DNA of 64,000 bases from Squalus acanthias (taxonomy: Eukaryota): NCBI GenBank assembly GCA_030390025.1, contig JASTWF010000579.1, positions 124,001 to 188,000 of the forward strand, in the 5' to 3' direction. The notes under the pieces were generated by a model. It ran no database searches. It saw only the letters and a list, made by a program, of their open reading frames with translations, and had not been told where the DNA came from. Below, in pieces: positions 52,281 through 64,000 of the stretch. The translations under genes and the position numbers were made by a program. Numbering within the stretch: position 1 is the stretch's first letter; the number at the start of each line of letters is the position of its first letter.

Positions 52281-52355
52281 TTAAGCCGTCCAGTTTCTCT
52301 CCATGCTCACCAGTTCCATCCCTTCACAGTAGGAGCGAGGCCTCCTGGCTTTAAA
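52281..52355 (-). CDS. Uncharacterised EGF-TM membrane protein, last exon: FKARRPRSYCEGMELVSMERNWTA*
   Basis: ttctctcttgcag| acceptor, phase 0, TAA stop; in frame with the preceding exon. Confidence 0.85.
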   Translation of the reverse strand, partial: FKARRPRSYCEGMELVSMERNWTA

Positions 52356-53678
52356 CTGCAAGAGAGAAGTGATGTGTTTTTTACATAAAATCTACAGCAC
52401 AGAAACCGGCCATTCGGTCCAACTGGTCTATGCTGGTGTTTAGAGTGGAAGGAGGCTGGTGGAGTATAATTACCTCTTCACAGCCTGGACTCTTACCCAA
52501 TGTTCCCTTTAATTTTTTTTTTGGGTGCAAGGACCATTCAAATTTCCGCGCATGCGCTGTTTTTCCCATTCAAAAGCTGGTGAGCGGCTGCCTGGGACTT
52601 CCACAACTTAAAGGGAACCTTGCTCATATCCCTCTGCCCCTTCTCCCTCATGTATATATCAAGCCTCTCCTTAAATGCATTAATACTTCAATCACTCCAT
52701 GTAGCAGAAAGTTCCACATTCTCAACACTCTTAGAACAAAGAGAATTGAGGAGGGATTTCTTTACCTGTTGGTGGCTATCCCATAATGTATGCACCTCTT
52801 TCAATCTACTGCAAGCTTTCTCTCATTTTTCTTCAGCTCCAGTTATTTTATTCTCCCCCCCTCGGGCTGGGTCCGGTTCCACAGGTGCTGGCTGCCCTAT
52901 GATGCGCCACCAGACAGCGAGTGTCCCCCTAATTAAATCACCACGGGCAAGGCATCGTGGCTCAGACTCTGTGAATACAACACGTGTGCCCGCACACACG
53001 TTCCAGTGTCATGAATGTTTAGAGGTGATTACTCCATCCTGAAGGATCATTAACATCACAAGAGTATCTATGAGTTAGTCATTTTAATAAACTGGGCAAG
53101 TTCAGCCTAAAATCAGATTGAAATGACATGTTAACATATTAAGCAAATATTTTGCTATGTTATCAGCTCCTTCAGGCTGTCCGTTAGACCTGCCACTGAA
53201 TGCATACTTAGCAGAAAGAATGACGGATTGACTTTCCTGGGAGTGAATGCGTTTTTTTAAAAAAAAGTAAGTTGCAGAGTGAGATTAGGCACTTTGCCCG
53301 AGCCTTTGGTTTGCAATTATCTGTGAGGCACATCTCACTACTCCTTGTGGGCTGAACAAACAATAACTTCACCACAGTGAGGGGACGGGGTCAACTGAGG
53401 GATCTCTGCTTTGGATTTGTGCGTGGTGTTTGCATTCGAGCGTCAGAGTGCTGACACAGGAGGAAGGGCAGTCGCGGCCCTGCTCCGCTCGCTTCCTGAT
53501 CTGAGTGGGAGTCACGGTGTCTTCCTGCGGGGGGGAGGGGAGGAGCAGATCCCAAGGTCATTGTGGCTGGGTGCTCGCTGGTGCCTCCTGCTGGTGGTCT
53601 GGGAGCAGGCTGATATCTGAGCAATAATCCCAAGAAAATACAACCGGAAACCAAAACGGACCGAAGTGAGATACTCAC

Positions 53679-53832
53679 GGGCCTGTCCCTGCTCAGCTGG
53701 TACAGTATCGGGAAGGGTGACCACTGGGGGGGTTCAACGGGCCAGCTGCAAACCGACAGGTCACTGGCTTTCCCCGAGTCCCCAGCGTGCTCGTTGATGC
53801 TGTTGATGCTGATGTCCAGGTTGTTTTGTAAA
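53679..53832 (-). CDS. Uncharacterised EGF-TM protein exon: (S)LQNNLDISINSINEHAGDSGKASDLSVCSWPVEPPQWSPFPILYQLSRDRP
   Basis: ttttccgcttcag| and CCC|gtgagt, phase 2-0. Confidence 0.85.
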
Positions 53833-54264
53833 CTGAAGCGGAAAAAAGTTAACAGTGAGAAAATCTCCTCCTCTGGGCACACTCGGCCCTCCGAGTGCTT
53901 TGTGAGCGCAGAGTCACCGCGCTACCGACCCGTCCCCAAGTTAAGTTAGCAGCTGACGGTGCGTCGCCAGAGGTTCTGATCGACCATCAGCACCTGTCCT
54001 CCGCTCACATCTGCACACTCACTTTCCAGTGGGGTTGAGATCAGGCGTGGAAATCCTGGGAGGTTTATTCTCTCTCCTCTCCACCTTCCCCTTGTTCCTC
54101 CCCCTTCCCCCTCCACCCCCTCGCCCCGTCCCCCACCCTTCCCCTCTCCCCGTTTCTCCATCCTCTCACCGTTCCCCTTCTGCATTCCCATTCCCCTCGA
54201 CATTTTTCTGTCTCCCCTCCCCTCCCTCCCCTTCCACATTATTCCTCCCCCTTTCCCCTCTCTG

Positions 54265-54615
54265 AGGGGACTTCAGTTATGTGGAGAAGCTGGGGTTGTT
54301 CTCCTTGGAGCAGAGGCGGTTGAGAGGAGATTTGATAGAGGTGTTCAAAATCATGAGGGGTCGAGACAGAGTAGATAGAGAGAAACTGTTCCCATTGGTG
54401 GAAGGGTCGTGAACCAGAGGACACAGATTTAAGGTGGTGGAGGCAGATTCAATTGTGGCTTTCAAAAGGGAGTTGGATAAGTACCTGAAGGAAACAATTT
54501 GCAGGACTACGGGGAAAGGGCGGGGGAGTGGGACTGGCTGAAGTGCTCTTGCAGAGAGCTGGCACGGACTCGACGGGCCGAATGGCCTCCTGTGCTGTAA
54601 CCATTCTATGATTCT
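54265..54615 (+). mobile_element. CR1-type 3' fragment
   Basis: LGLFSLEQRRLRGDLIEVFKIM...RGHRFK plus tail ...ccattctatgattct. Confidence 0.85.
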
Positions 54616-55429
54616 GTTCTGATGCCTTGTTCCCCTAACCCTTCTTCCCCTCCTCTCCCACTTCCCACCCCCTGCCTGAGATCAGCAGACTCGACACGGG
54701 TGTTGAGGCTCGGAGGAGTCTGGCCTCGGCTCAGTACCACACGGGGTGGGTCCCTCACCCACTGAGCCATTCTCCCTCCTTGCTGTGAGGCTGGGCAGAG
54801 GGTTGTGTAGATCGCAGTAGACACCGTCAGTTGTATAAATCACAGGCCCCTGTTTCCACTGTCACTTGTGTTGGTTTTAATGAGATTAAGTGGGTGGAGT
54901 TGACGCCACTAGTTATTCAGCAGTATCGGTGGGCACTGCACTCGCACACTGAGCTCTCTGGGGGCTGGGCTCGGAGCAGCACCTCCTTAATTAACAGGAT
55001 TAAGGTTAAAGGAAAAAGCAACAGAGGCCCCTTTGATAATACAGGGTGACGAGGGGGTGGGGCTGGTCTGTTGTCCCTCGCCCCCGTCACCGCCCGAGTC
55101 TCGCTGTGGATGTTATTTCAGAATCGTGGCAAAGTTCCCAACATCCACCCACCAACGGAGAACTTCAACAAACAGCAGCAAAACTTAACCTCTTGCTGTC
55201 CAGAGGAACCGTCGCAACACTCACCATTGGCTGTCCAGAGGAACCGTCGCAACACTCACCATTGGCGTCAAGCAAACGCTTTTTTGGTAGCAAAACTCAG
55301 GCAGTTTAAGAGCCCGATTTCAGAGAAACATTTGGAATCTACCAGGTCGTTTGTGGGGGGAGGGAGAAGTGTTGGAGGGGGGAGAAATTAGAAGTGCTGT
55401 CGGATACTGAACACCAGAGACGGGCTTTC

Positions 55430-56125
55430 AGGCAGCCGTGGCTCAGTGGGTAGCACCGTTGCCTCTGTGTCAGGAGGTTGTGGGTTCAAGTCCACTCCAG
55501 AGACTTGAGCACAAAAATCTAGGCTGACACTCCCAGTGCAGTACTGAGGGAGTGCCGTACTGAGGGAGCGCCGCACTGTCGGAGGGGCAGTACTGAGGGA
55601 GTGCCGCACTGTCGGAGGGGCAGTACTGAGGGAGCGGTGCGCTGTCGGAGGGGCAGTACTGAGGGAGCGTTGCACTGTCGGAGGGGTAGTACTGAGGGAG
55701 CGCCGCACTGTCGGAGGGGCAGTACTGAGGGAGCGTTGCACTGTCGGAGGGGCAGTACTGAGGGAGCGCGCACTGTCGGAGGGGCAGTACTGAGGGAGCG
55801 CTGCACTGTCGGAGGTGCTGTCTTTGGCATGAGACGTTAAACCGAGCTCTCTCAGGTGGATGTAAAAGATCCTATGGCACTATTTCGAATAAGAGCAGGC
55901 GAGTTATCCCCCATATCCTGGCCAATATTTATCCCTCAATCAACATCACTAAAAAAAGCACATTATCTGGTCATTATCACATTGCTGTTTGGGGGATCTT
56001 GCTGTGCGCAAATTGGCTGCTGTATTTCCTACATTACAACAGTGGCTACACTTCAAAAGTATTTCATTGGCTTTAAAGGGCCTTGGGATGTCATGAAAGG
56101 CGCTATAGAAATGCAATGCTATTGT
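55430..56125 (+). mobile_element. Full-length tRNA-headed DeuSINE-type SINE with an internal 33-bp tandem expansion (~55540-55816)
   Basis: A box tggctcagtggg, B box ggttcaagtcc, Deu-like core ggatgtaaaagatcctatggcact...tcctggccaa, L2-like tail. Confidence 0.85.
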
Positions 56126-56241
56126 TCGTTCTTTCTTTGACCGGAGAGTCGGGGCTTCGAGTCTTTGTCTCGTCCCTGACTTTTACGCAATTTCATCATT
56201 TTCTGTTTTTACTTGCATCATTTATATTTTCTTTTCTTTAC

Positions 56242-56469
56242 CTGTGCCTGAAGACTGATCGACCGTGGGGGGCTGTTCTCCGGCTGCTGTAGGTACCGGT
56301 CACTGACCCCTCGTGACAGGAGTAGTAACTGCTGTCCAACATCTGCAGGTGGATCAGTTCGTCCGAGTTACTGAAGCCAGGATTGTCCAGCGAGCTGATG
56401 GAGTAGTTGAGCCAGGACTGGGACTGATATTGAGTGGAGAAATCGTCAAACCGACTGAAGCGTCTGTAA
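56242..56469 (-). CDS. Uncharacterised EGF-TM protein exon: (S)YRRFSRFDDFS...SLDNPGFSNSDELIHLQMLD...FRH
   Basis: ttttccctctccag| and CAG|gtaaag, phase 2-2. Confidence 0.85.
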
Positions 56470-56719
56470 CTGGAGAGGGAAAAGTACAAAGATCACAACA
56501 TCCCTTCCTGGGAGTGGTTGAGTCGGGTCCCTGGGCACTCAGTCCAGGCTTTGTCTGGGACGGCGGGGCACGGGGTAGAGTTTCTACCCGTATTTCTGTC
56601 TACAAGCCAGGTCTCTGTCCCGGCTCTGCCATTGTGGGATGGCACTGGGTGATGGTCGGATAGTTCCACACCCAAAATTATCAGAGTCTGCGTGGGCCTG
56701 TCGCCTCCTGCTGGCTGGT

Positions 56720-57190
56720 TATAAGAACAGGATTAGGCCAGACGGCCCCTCGAGCCTGCTCCGCCATTCAATAAGATCATGGCTGATCATCGACCTCAAC
56801 TCCACTTTCCCGCCCGATCTCCATATCCCTTGATTCCCCTAGAGTCAAAAAAATCTATCGATCTCAGCCTTGAATATACTCAACGACTCAGCATTCACAG
56901 CCCTCTGGGGCAGAGAATTCCAAAGATTCACAACCCTCTGAGTGAAGAAATTCCTCCTCATCTCAGTCTGAAATGGCCGACCCCTTATCCTGAGACTGTG
57001 CCCCCTGGTTCTGGACACTCCAGCCAGGGGAAACAACCTCTCAGCATCTACCCTGTCAATCCCCCTCAGAATCTTATATGTTTCAATGAGATCACCTCTC
57101 ATTCTTCTAAACTCCAGAGAGTACAGGCCCAATCTACACAATCTCCCTCTCATTCCAGGAATCAATCTAGTGAACCTTTGTTGCACCACC
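56720..57190 (-). mobile_element. CR1-type 3' fragment
   Basis: ORF 56845-57189 is near-identical to the 3' part of ORF 42584-43048. Confidence 0.92.
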
Positions 57191-57789
57191 TCTTTAAATA
57201 TACTTGCCTTGAGTCGGAGGAGGGAAGAAAAAAAAAACTCTCACTGAGAGGGGATGGGCTGGTACAGGGAAGTCAGACACTGTCCTTTCACACGCTGGGA
57301 CAGTGGGTCAGACACACACACACACACACTCCCACTGGGCTCTGTATCCCTGAAAGGTTTCCGAGTGTTTAGCCGAGGATCTGTTGGACAGATCTGGTGT
57401 TGCTGTTCATTTCTTTGTTTCTCTCCGACTCCCTGGGGCTTGTCACTGAAACTTAAACAATGAAAAGGAAAGTTCAAGACGGGCTTCAAGGACTCGGAGA
57501 GTTTCAGCTGCTGAGTAGCTCGTCGTCGGGGAAACAGCCACTTCCAGCACCAGAGTGCTTAGACTGTTAAAGGGACACTGTGGTCCAACACAGCACCTGA
57601 CTAATCTTATTTCAGGTTTGAGTGCACGGCGCGGTGACGGTCTAATCGGGCAGCGTGATAAGACTGTCCTTAAACCCGACACTGTATTTGAGAATTAGGA
57701 GCAGGTCGCGTCCATCTGTGGCACAAACTCAACGGAGAATACGGCTGGTTCCAATCAAACACTGCCACCATCCCTTTAATATAATTGTA

Positions 57790-58077
57790 GGTAATTGCCC
57801 TGTCTAGGTGGGTAACTGCACTGTCTGGGGTAATTGCCCTGTCTAGGTGGGTAACTGCACTGTCTGGGGTAACTGCCCTGTCTGGGGTAATTGCCCTGTC
57901 TAGGTGGGTAACTGCCCTGTCTGGGGTAATTGCCCTGTCTAGGTGGGTAACTGCCCTGTCTGGGGTAATTGCCCTGTCTAGGTGGGTAACTGCCCTGTCT
58001 GGGGTAATTGCCCTGTCTAGGTGGGTAATTGCCCTGTCTAGGTGGGTAACTGCCCTGTCTGGGGTAATTGCCCTGTA
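57790..58077. repeat. Minisatellite of alternating 21-bp and 18-bp related units
   Basis: gtaattgccctgtctaggtgg / gtaactgccctgtctggg. Confidence 0.93.
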
Positions 58078-58257
58078 CCCAACCAACATCCATTGGCCAC
58101 TTGGTGGTGACCGGGGTCTTGGGGAACCTTTTCTACAGTGGCCGAGGGGGGAGAGAATCAGCGGGTCAGTCAGCATCCGACAACCCGACATGTTTGTGTT
58201 GTTCCAGTCTGTGAGTCCAGTGATGACGATGGCTCCACACCGAACAGTTAACTCCTG

Positions 58258-58435
58258 AATAACAACAGAAAACGCTGGAAAAACTCAGCAGGCCAGGCAG
58301 CATCCGTGGAGAGAGAAAGAGAGTTGACGTTTCAGGTCGATGACCTTTCATCAGAACTCCTGATCTCGCACAGGTGCCGAGTCTTTCCCTGAGTTTCGGT
58401 TTCAGATGTCCAGCATCTGCACTTTGGTTTTTGCT
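58258..58435 (-). mobile_element. Penelope-like element remnant
   Basis: acagaaaacgctggaaaaactcagcagg...gcagcatc repeat carrying a hammerhead core. Confidence 0.6.
58321..58359 (-). ncRNA. Minimal type I hammerhead ribozyme motif
   Basis: - strand: GAGUU CUGAUGA A AGGUC-AUC-GACCU GAAA CG UC AACUC. Confidence 0.65.
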
Positions 58436-58747
58436 CCATGACAGGAGCAAAGTTCCCCATTTGGAGTTTCCAGGATTCTGTCCTTGTCCAGCACCGAGCG
58501 GGTGGAACCGTTTGGGAATTCCGAGTCTTTATTGTTTAAATATCAAGTTAAAACGGTGCATCGACAGGGAGCTGAGATTTGATGGTGGGGGCCTGACATT
58601 AAACTCAGATGAGTGGAGTAAACAAATCCCAGGAGGACTTACTGACAGGAAAAGAGATTTGGAAAATGTTCCACTGTTAACTGTTCCATAAAACTCCCTC
58701 CCTCCCCTCCCCCCCGACTGAAAACCCATAGGTTCATGGAAATGCTC

Positions 58748-58992
58748 GGAGAGGAGGGGGGGGGAGGGGAGAGGAGGGGGAGGGGAGGGGGGGAGGGGAG
58801 AGGAGGGGGGAGGAGGGGAGAGGAGAGGAGGGAGGGGAGAGGAGGGAGGGGGAGAGGAGGGAGGGGGAGGGGGAGAGGAGGGAGGGGAGGGGGGGGGAGA
58901 GGAGGGAGAGGAGGGAGGGGAGGGGGGGAGAGGAGGGGGGGAGAGGAGGGAGGGGAGGGGGGGGAGAGGAGGGAGGGGAGGGGGGGGAGAGG
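58748..58992. repeat. Polypurine G/A low-complexity tract running into a gap
   Basis: Only G and A for ~245 nt. Confidence 0.95.
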
Positions 58993-59696
58993 NNNNNNNN
59001 NNNNNNNNNNNNNNNNNNNNNNNNNNNNNNNNNNNNNNNNNNNNNNNNNNNNNNNNNNNNNNNNNNNNNNNNNNNNNNNNNNNNNNNNNNNNNNNNNNNN
59101 NNNNNNNNNNNNNNNNNNNNNNNNNNNNNNNNNNNNNNNNNNNNNNNNNNNNNNNNNNNNNNNNNNNNNNNNNNNNNNNNNNNNNNNNNNNNNNNNNNNN
59201 NNNNNNNNNNNNNNNNNNNNNNNNNNNNNNNNNNNNNNNNNNNNNNNNNNNNNNNNNNNNNNNNNNNNNNNNNNNNNNNNNNNNNNNNNNNNNNNNNNNN
59301 NNNNNNNNNNNNNNNNNNNNNNNNNNNNNNNNNNNNNNNNNNNNNNNNNNNNNNNNNNNNNNNNNNNNNNNNNNNNNNNNNNNNNNNNNNNNNNNNNNNN
59401 NNNNNNNNNNNNNNNNNNNNNNNNNNNNNNNNNNNNNNNNNNNNNNNNNNNNNNNNNNNNNNNNNNNNNNNNNNNNNNNNNNNNNNNNNNNNNNNNNNNN
59501 NNNNNNNNNNNNNNNNNNNNNNNNNNNNNNNNNNNNNNNNNNNNNNNNNNNNNNNNNNNNNNNNNNNNNNNNNNNNNNNNNNNNNNNNNNNNNNNNNNNN
59601 NNNNNNNNNNNNNNNNNNNNNNNNNNNNNNNNNNNNNNNNNNNNNNNNNNNNNNNNNNNNNNNNNNNNNNNNNNNNNNNNNNNNNNNNNNNNNNNN
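58993..59696. other. Assembly gap (704 N)
   Basis: N run. Confidence 1.
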
Positions 59697-61150
59697 AGGC
59701 TGCCCACAGCGAACAGACTGAACCTGTTCCTAAGACGGCCGCGGGATTCCAGTGATGCACCCCCGGTTGCCAGGACTGAAAGTTTGAGATTGGCAGCTGA
59801 GGAAACACAGCTCGTGTGGAGCAGACACAGGCCGGGAAAGTCTGCTCATTGGCCCCTGCCCGAGCCTGTGTTCCGTTTTATTAACTCTTTACTGCACTCA
59901 CCGACTGGGCTGCGGCCTTTCCGCTTCATCCCCCTCCCCCCATCCAGTCCAGCCCAGCCCAGGGCACTGAGGCCAGTTCTCATTCCCCGACTGCTGACAG
60001 CACAGGCACACAGGATGGAACTTGGGATCTCCCAGCACTGTGTGTCTCAGTGCCACATGGAGAGCTGTGCTCTCCGGATCATATTCCATCTCCCCTCTCT
60101 CTCTCTCTCTCTCTCTCATTCCCTCCTTCCCTCCCCACAGCTCCCCCAGTCACTCTTCTGCCTTGTGCTCCTGAGAGAGAAAGAGGTCGATGGAGAGGGA
60201 GGGACCTCGAGCTGGGGGAAGAGAGACAGACAGACATGGAATGAGAAACACAGGGAGGTAGACAGAGAGAGGGATAGGAACAGAGGGAAGGCAGGGAGTC
60301 TCGCCCGTGTCCTTTATGCTGCCCCAGTTTTGTGGATGTGCGGTAATTTGACTGAAAGAATAAATCTGTCCATTAAATCTAGTTCTTTAAATCTGTCTGA
60401 ACAGCACAAAGCGACAAGGACACAACCGAAGAGGCAGAGAGACCCGGCCAGCCGTGCTTATTAATCAGGCAATTTTCACAACTTGCTGGCACTAATTAAC
60501 CTTCCGAGGTGTGGCAGATGAACCAGTGCTCACGCCTCATAAATCAGCCCGTCAGTGCCCCAGCCAGAAGCAGGTTCGACCCCGGTGATTAATGAGCCCT
60601 CACCGCATGTTTCCTGCGATCGTCGCCGCCCTTCCCATTCGTTCATTTGCATGTGTAGCCACTTCTCCATTTTAACACACTTGGTGGTGTAATTTCCATG
60701 TTAATTAAATCCGTCACCTTCGATCTCCGAGGTGTGATATTTCATTTAGCTGGCAGCGTTTCAAATACGGGGAGGCAGCAAGATCTTCAGGGAGTTATAC
60801 TGCACGCTGCGAGTACTGCGCCTAATAGCAGGAGCGGCCAAGCTTTTCACCCTCGGGGGGTTGGGGGGGGCACTTGGGTGGTACCACAGGGCCTTGGGCA
60901 GGGTCCAGGGATAGAATTTAAATCCCCGCTCCCATGAATTTGCAGATATCGGCAGTCACAATTACAATAGTATTTACAGCACAGAAACAGGCCATTCGGC
61001 CCAACAGGTCCATGCCAGTTGTTAGGGAAATGTGGGGGTTTGAACCCAGAGGTCGGTCACAGATCTCTCTGCACCGCTCACCCCATTCCCACCTTCTCTC
61101 TCTCAGGTTGGGGCAAGATGTGGGACCAGCAGTGATGGCCGTTCTCTTAC

Positions 61151-61342
61151 CTGCTTTTCGTCTGGTCGATTTTGGCCTCAATCAACAAGATCTTGAACCT
61201 TCTCAGGACAGCGATCGCGACGGCCGCCATGACAACGACGAGACTGAGCACGACACCAAACGCAATTCCAATCAGGCTCTGCCGGGTCATTCTGTGGTCA
61301 CACCGGGAGCCCATGAACCAGTAATCACTGCCCACAGGGCAC
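61151..61342 (-). CDS. Uncharacterised EGF-TM protein exon: CPVGSDYWFMGSRC (EGF C-terminal loop), TM helix LIGIAFGVVLSLVVVMAAVAIAVL, RRFK stop-transfer
   Basis: ttttattgcag| and CAG|gtaaga, phase 2-2; hydrophobic 24-mer followed by basic residues; upstream exons not found in the window. Confidence 0.88.
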
Positions 61343-61381
61343 CTGCAATAAAACGTGATCCTGATTGACCGGCGTCATGGA

Positions 61382-63020
61382 TACATAGAATCACAGAATC
61401 TTACAGCACAGAAGGAGGCCATTCGGCCCATCGTATCTGTGTCGGCTCTTTGAAAGAGCTCTCCAATTAATCCCACACGCCGGCTTTTTCCCCATAACCC
61501 AGCAAATTAGTTCTCTTCAAATACATGTCCAATTGCCTATTGAAAGTTCCTCTGGAATCTGTTTCAAGCACCGTTTCAGACAGTACATTCCAGATCATCA
61601 CAACCCTGTGTGTGAAAAAAATTCTCCGAATTTGCCCTCCAGTTCTTTTGTGATTATTTTAAATCTATGGCCTCTTTTTTTTTTATTTTATTCGTTCATG
61701 GGATGTGGGCGTCGCTGGCGAGGCCAGCATTTATTGCCCATCCCTAGTTGCCCTGGAGAAGGTGGTGGTGAGCCGCCTTCTTGAACCGCTGCAGTCCGTG
61801 TGGTGATGGTACTCCACAGTGCTGTTAGGGAGGGAGTTCCAGGATTTTGACCCAGCGACGATGAAGGATCGACGATATACTTCTAAGTCAGGATGGTGTG
61901 TGACTTGGAGGGGAACTTGCAGGTGGTGGTGTTCCCATGCGCCTGCTGCCCTTGTCCTTCTAGGTGGAAGAGGTCGCGGGTTTGGGAGGTGCTGCCGGAA
62001 TTCAGCTCTTTTGTCCATGTTTGGACCGAGGCTGTAATGAGGTCGGGAGCCGAGTGGTCCTGACGGAACCCAAACTGGGCATCAGTGAGCAGGTTATTGG
62101 TGAGTCAGTGCCGCTTGATAGCACTGTCGATGACACCTTCCATCACTTTGCTGATGATTGAGAGTAGACTGATGGGGCGGTAATTGCCAGAGGAAACTGT
62201 TTCTCTCTGCTCTATCAAAACCCCAATGATTTTGAAAACCTCTCTCAAGTCTCGTCTTCACCTTTTCTACTCTAAGGAGAACAATCCCAGTTTCTCCAAT
62301 CTCTCTACGTAACTGAAGTCCCTCATTCCTGGTAAATCTCCTCTGTACCTTCTCCAAGGCCTTGATAGCCTTTCTAAAGTGTGGTGCCCAGAATTGTACA
62401 CAATACTCCAGCGGAGGCCTAACCAGTGATTTGTAAAGGTTTAGCATGATGTTCTTGTTTTTCTCTTCAATCACCCCATTTACAAAGTCAAATATCCCCT
62501 ACGCTTTCTTAGCCGCCTTCTCAACTTGCCCTGAGACCATCAAGGATTTATGAATGTGCACCCCCAGGTCCCTCTGATCTTGCAATCCCCTCAAATTCGT
62601 ACCAATAAGATTTTACTGCCTCTCCGTGTTGTTTCTCCCATAGTGCATCATTTCACAATTATCTGCATTAAATTGTATCTGCCATGTGTCTGCCCATTTC
62701 ACCAATCTGTCTACGTCCTCCTGAAATCTGATACTATCCTGCTCACTATTTACTACATTGCCAAGTTTTGCATCATCCACAAATTTAAATTGTACTCCCC
62801 TTACCTAAATCCAGGTCATTTATATACAACAAGAAAAGCAATGGTCCTAATACCGACCCCTGGGGGACCCCCACTGCATACTTCTCTCCAGCCAGAAAAT
62901 CATCCGTTCACCACTACTCTCTGTCTCCTATCCCTTAGCCAATTACATACCCAAGTTACCACCGTCCCTTTAATCCCACTTGCTTCTATTTTCCAAATAA
63001 GTCTGTTATGTGGTACTGTA
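61382..63020 (-). mobile_element. CR1 LINE (61382-61675 and 62185-63020) with a different LINE 3' end nested at ~61676-62185
   Basis: [17 protein letters not shown] and [15 protein letters not shown] on -; the insert has a poly-T end and KSWNSLPNSTV. Confidence 0.8.
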
Positions 63021-63494
63021 CAGTGGGAGTGAATGGGAAGGGGTTTGGTCCACTGGGGCTCCTTCCTGAGGATTGGCCCAATGTTGTTGCCATCTGATAC
63101 CTCATTCAAGTGGCCGTTCTTCACATTTTGAGCCGAGATAGTGAGTACCAACAGGCTATTCCACCATGGAAAGCGTCACAGCAGAGCCTCACCCCGCCCT
63201 TACCCAGTGTCCACACATGTACTGGTGAATTGTGTGCTGTGAACGGCATCAGGAGAAGAAACCCTTACTGATTTTTCCTCTCTCCACCTCAGGGACCCAG
63301 CATCCTGACCACCATCCCAGGCTGGATTAGCTCAGAGAATGGAGATGAATCTCAGACTTCCCCGCTCTGTGTGTTTGGCTCATTGTCACACCAGGCAGTG
63401 CATGCGCCCACTGAGCCACCAGTGGGGCTAGATGGCCCATTTCTGTTTAGCTGGTAGTTAGTTGGTGCTATTTAAATACAAGTTGTTGTTGTTG

Positions 63495-64000
63495 CTGCTG
63501 AAACCCTTATCCATGCCTTTGTTACCTCTAGACTTGACTATTCCAATGCACTCCTGGCCAGCCTCCCACATTCTACCCTACGTAAACTTGAGGTCATCCA
63601 AAACTCGGCTGCCCGTGTCCTAACTCGCACCAAGTCCCGTTCGCCCATCTCCCCTGTGCTCGCTAACCTACATTGGCTCCTGGTTAAGCAGCGCCTCGAT
63701 TTCAAAATTCTCATCCTTGTTTTCAAATCCCTCCATGGCCTCGCCCATCCCTATCTCTATAATCTCCTCCAGCCCCCGCCCCCCCCCCGCAAAGATATCT
63801 GCACTCCTCTAATTCTGCTCTCTTGAGCATCCCTGATTATAATCACTCAACCTTTGGTGGCCGAGCCTTCTGCTGCCTCGGCCCTAAGCTCTGGAATTCC
63901 CTGCCTAAACCTCTCCGCCTCTCTACCTCTCCTTCCTCCTTTAAGACGCTCCTTAAAACCTACCTCTTTGACCAAGCTCTTGGTCACCTGCCCTAATTTA
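63495..64000 (+). mobile_element. L2 LINE 3' region, runs off the window
   Basis: HAFVTSRLDYSNALLA..IQNSAARVLT..LHWL. Confidence 0.88.

Noticed and set aside
53391-53678. C-terminal part of the 163-aa minus ORF
   Set aside because: Lies beyond the gtgagt donor; intronic read-through
55195-55266. 35-bp direct duplication
   Set aside because: Simple two-copy intronic slippage with no sign of function
55430-55500. tRNA-like sequence
   Set aside because: It is the SINE head; no complete cloverleaf
57670-58191. Repetitive RQGNYP / DRAITP ORFs
   Set aside because: Minisatellite translations; I found no convincing phase-compatible splice sites
58529-59808. Long Pro- or Gly/Arg-rich ORFs
   Set aside because: Artefacts of the polypurine tract and the N gap

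Overview
Vertebrate genomic DNA, most likely a cartilaginous fish (shark-type CR1/L2 LINEs, DeuSINE-type SINEs, Penelope-like remnants); not prokaryotic. Most of the window (+ strand, 2076-~51810) is TNRC6A/GW182, the Argonaute-binding scaffold of miRNA silencing. I traced 20 coding exons by hand with consistent GT-AG phases (6,158 coding nt, ~2,050 aa); the 5' exons lie upstream of the window. Downstream and tail-to-tail on the - strand are the last four coding exons of an uncharacterised single-pass membrane protein (EGF-like remnant, TM helix, ~170-aa tail with a DSGxxS motif, ending ...NWTA*). Highlights: a 36-bp coding VNTR giving ~12 [12 protein letters not shown] units in the Ago-binding region; convergent AATAAA signals only 48 nt apart; a minimal hammerhead ribozyme core in an intron of the - gene; a possible 78-aa exon extension; a distant-branch-point exon; clustered miRNA seed sites in the TNRC6A 3'UTR; and a multi-hairpin intronic element. 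There are two assembly gaps. Comparisons with human/fish proteins are from memory, not from a database search. Repeat boundaries are approximate.
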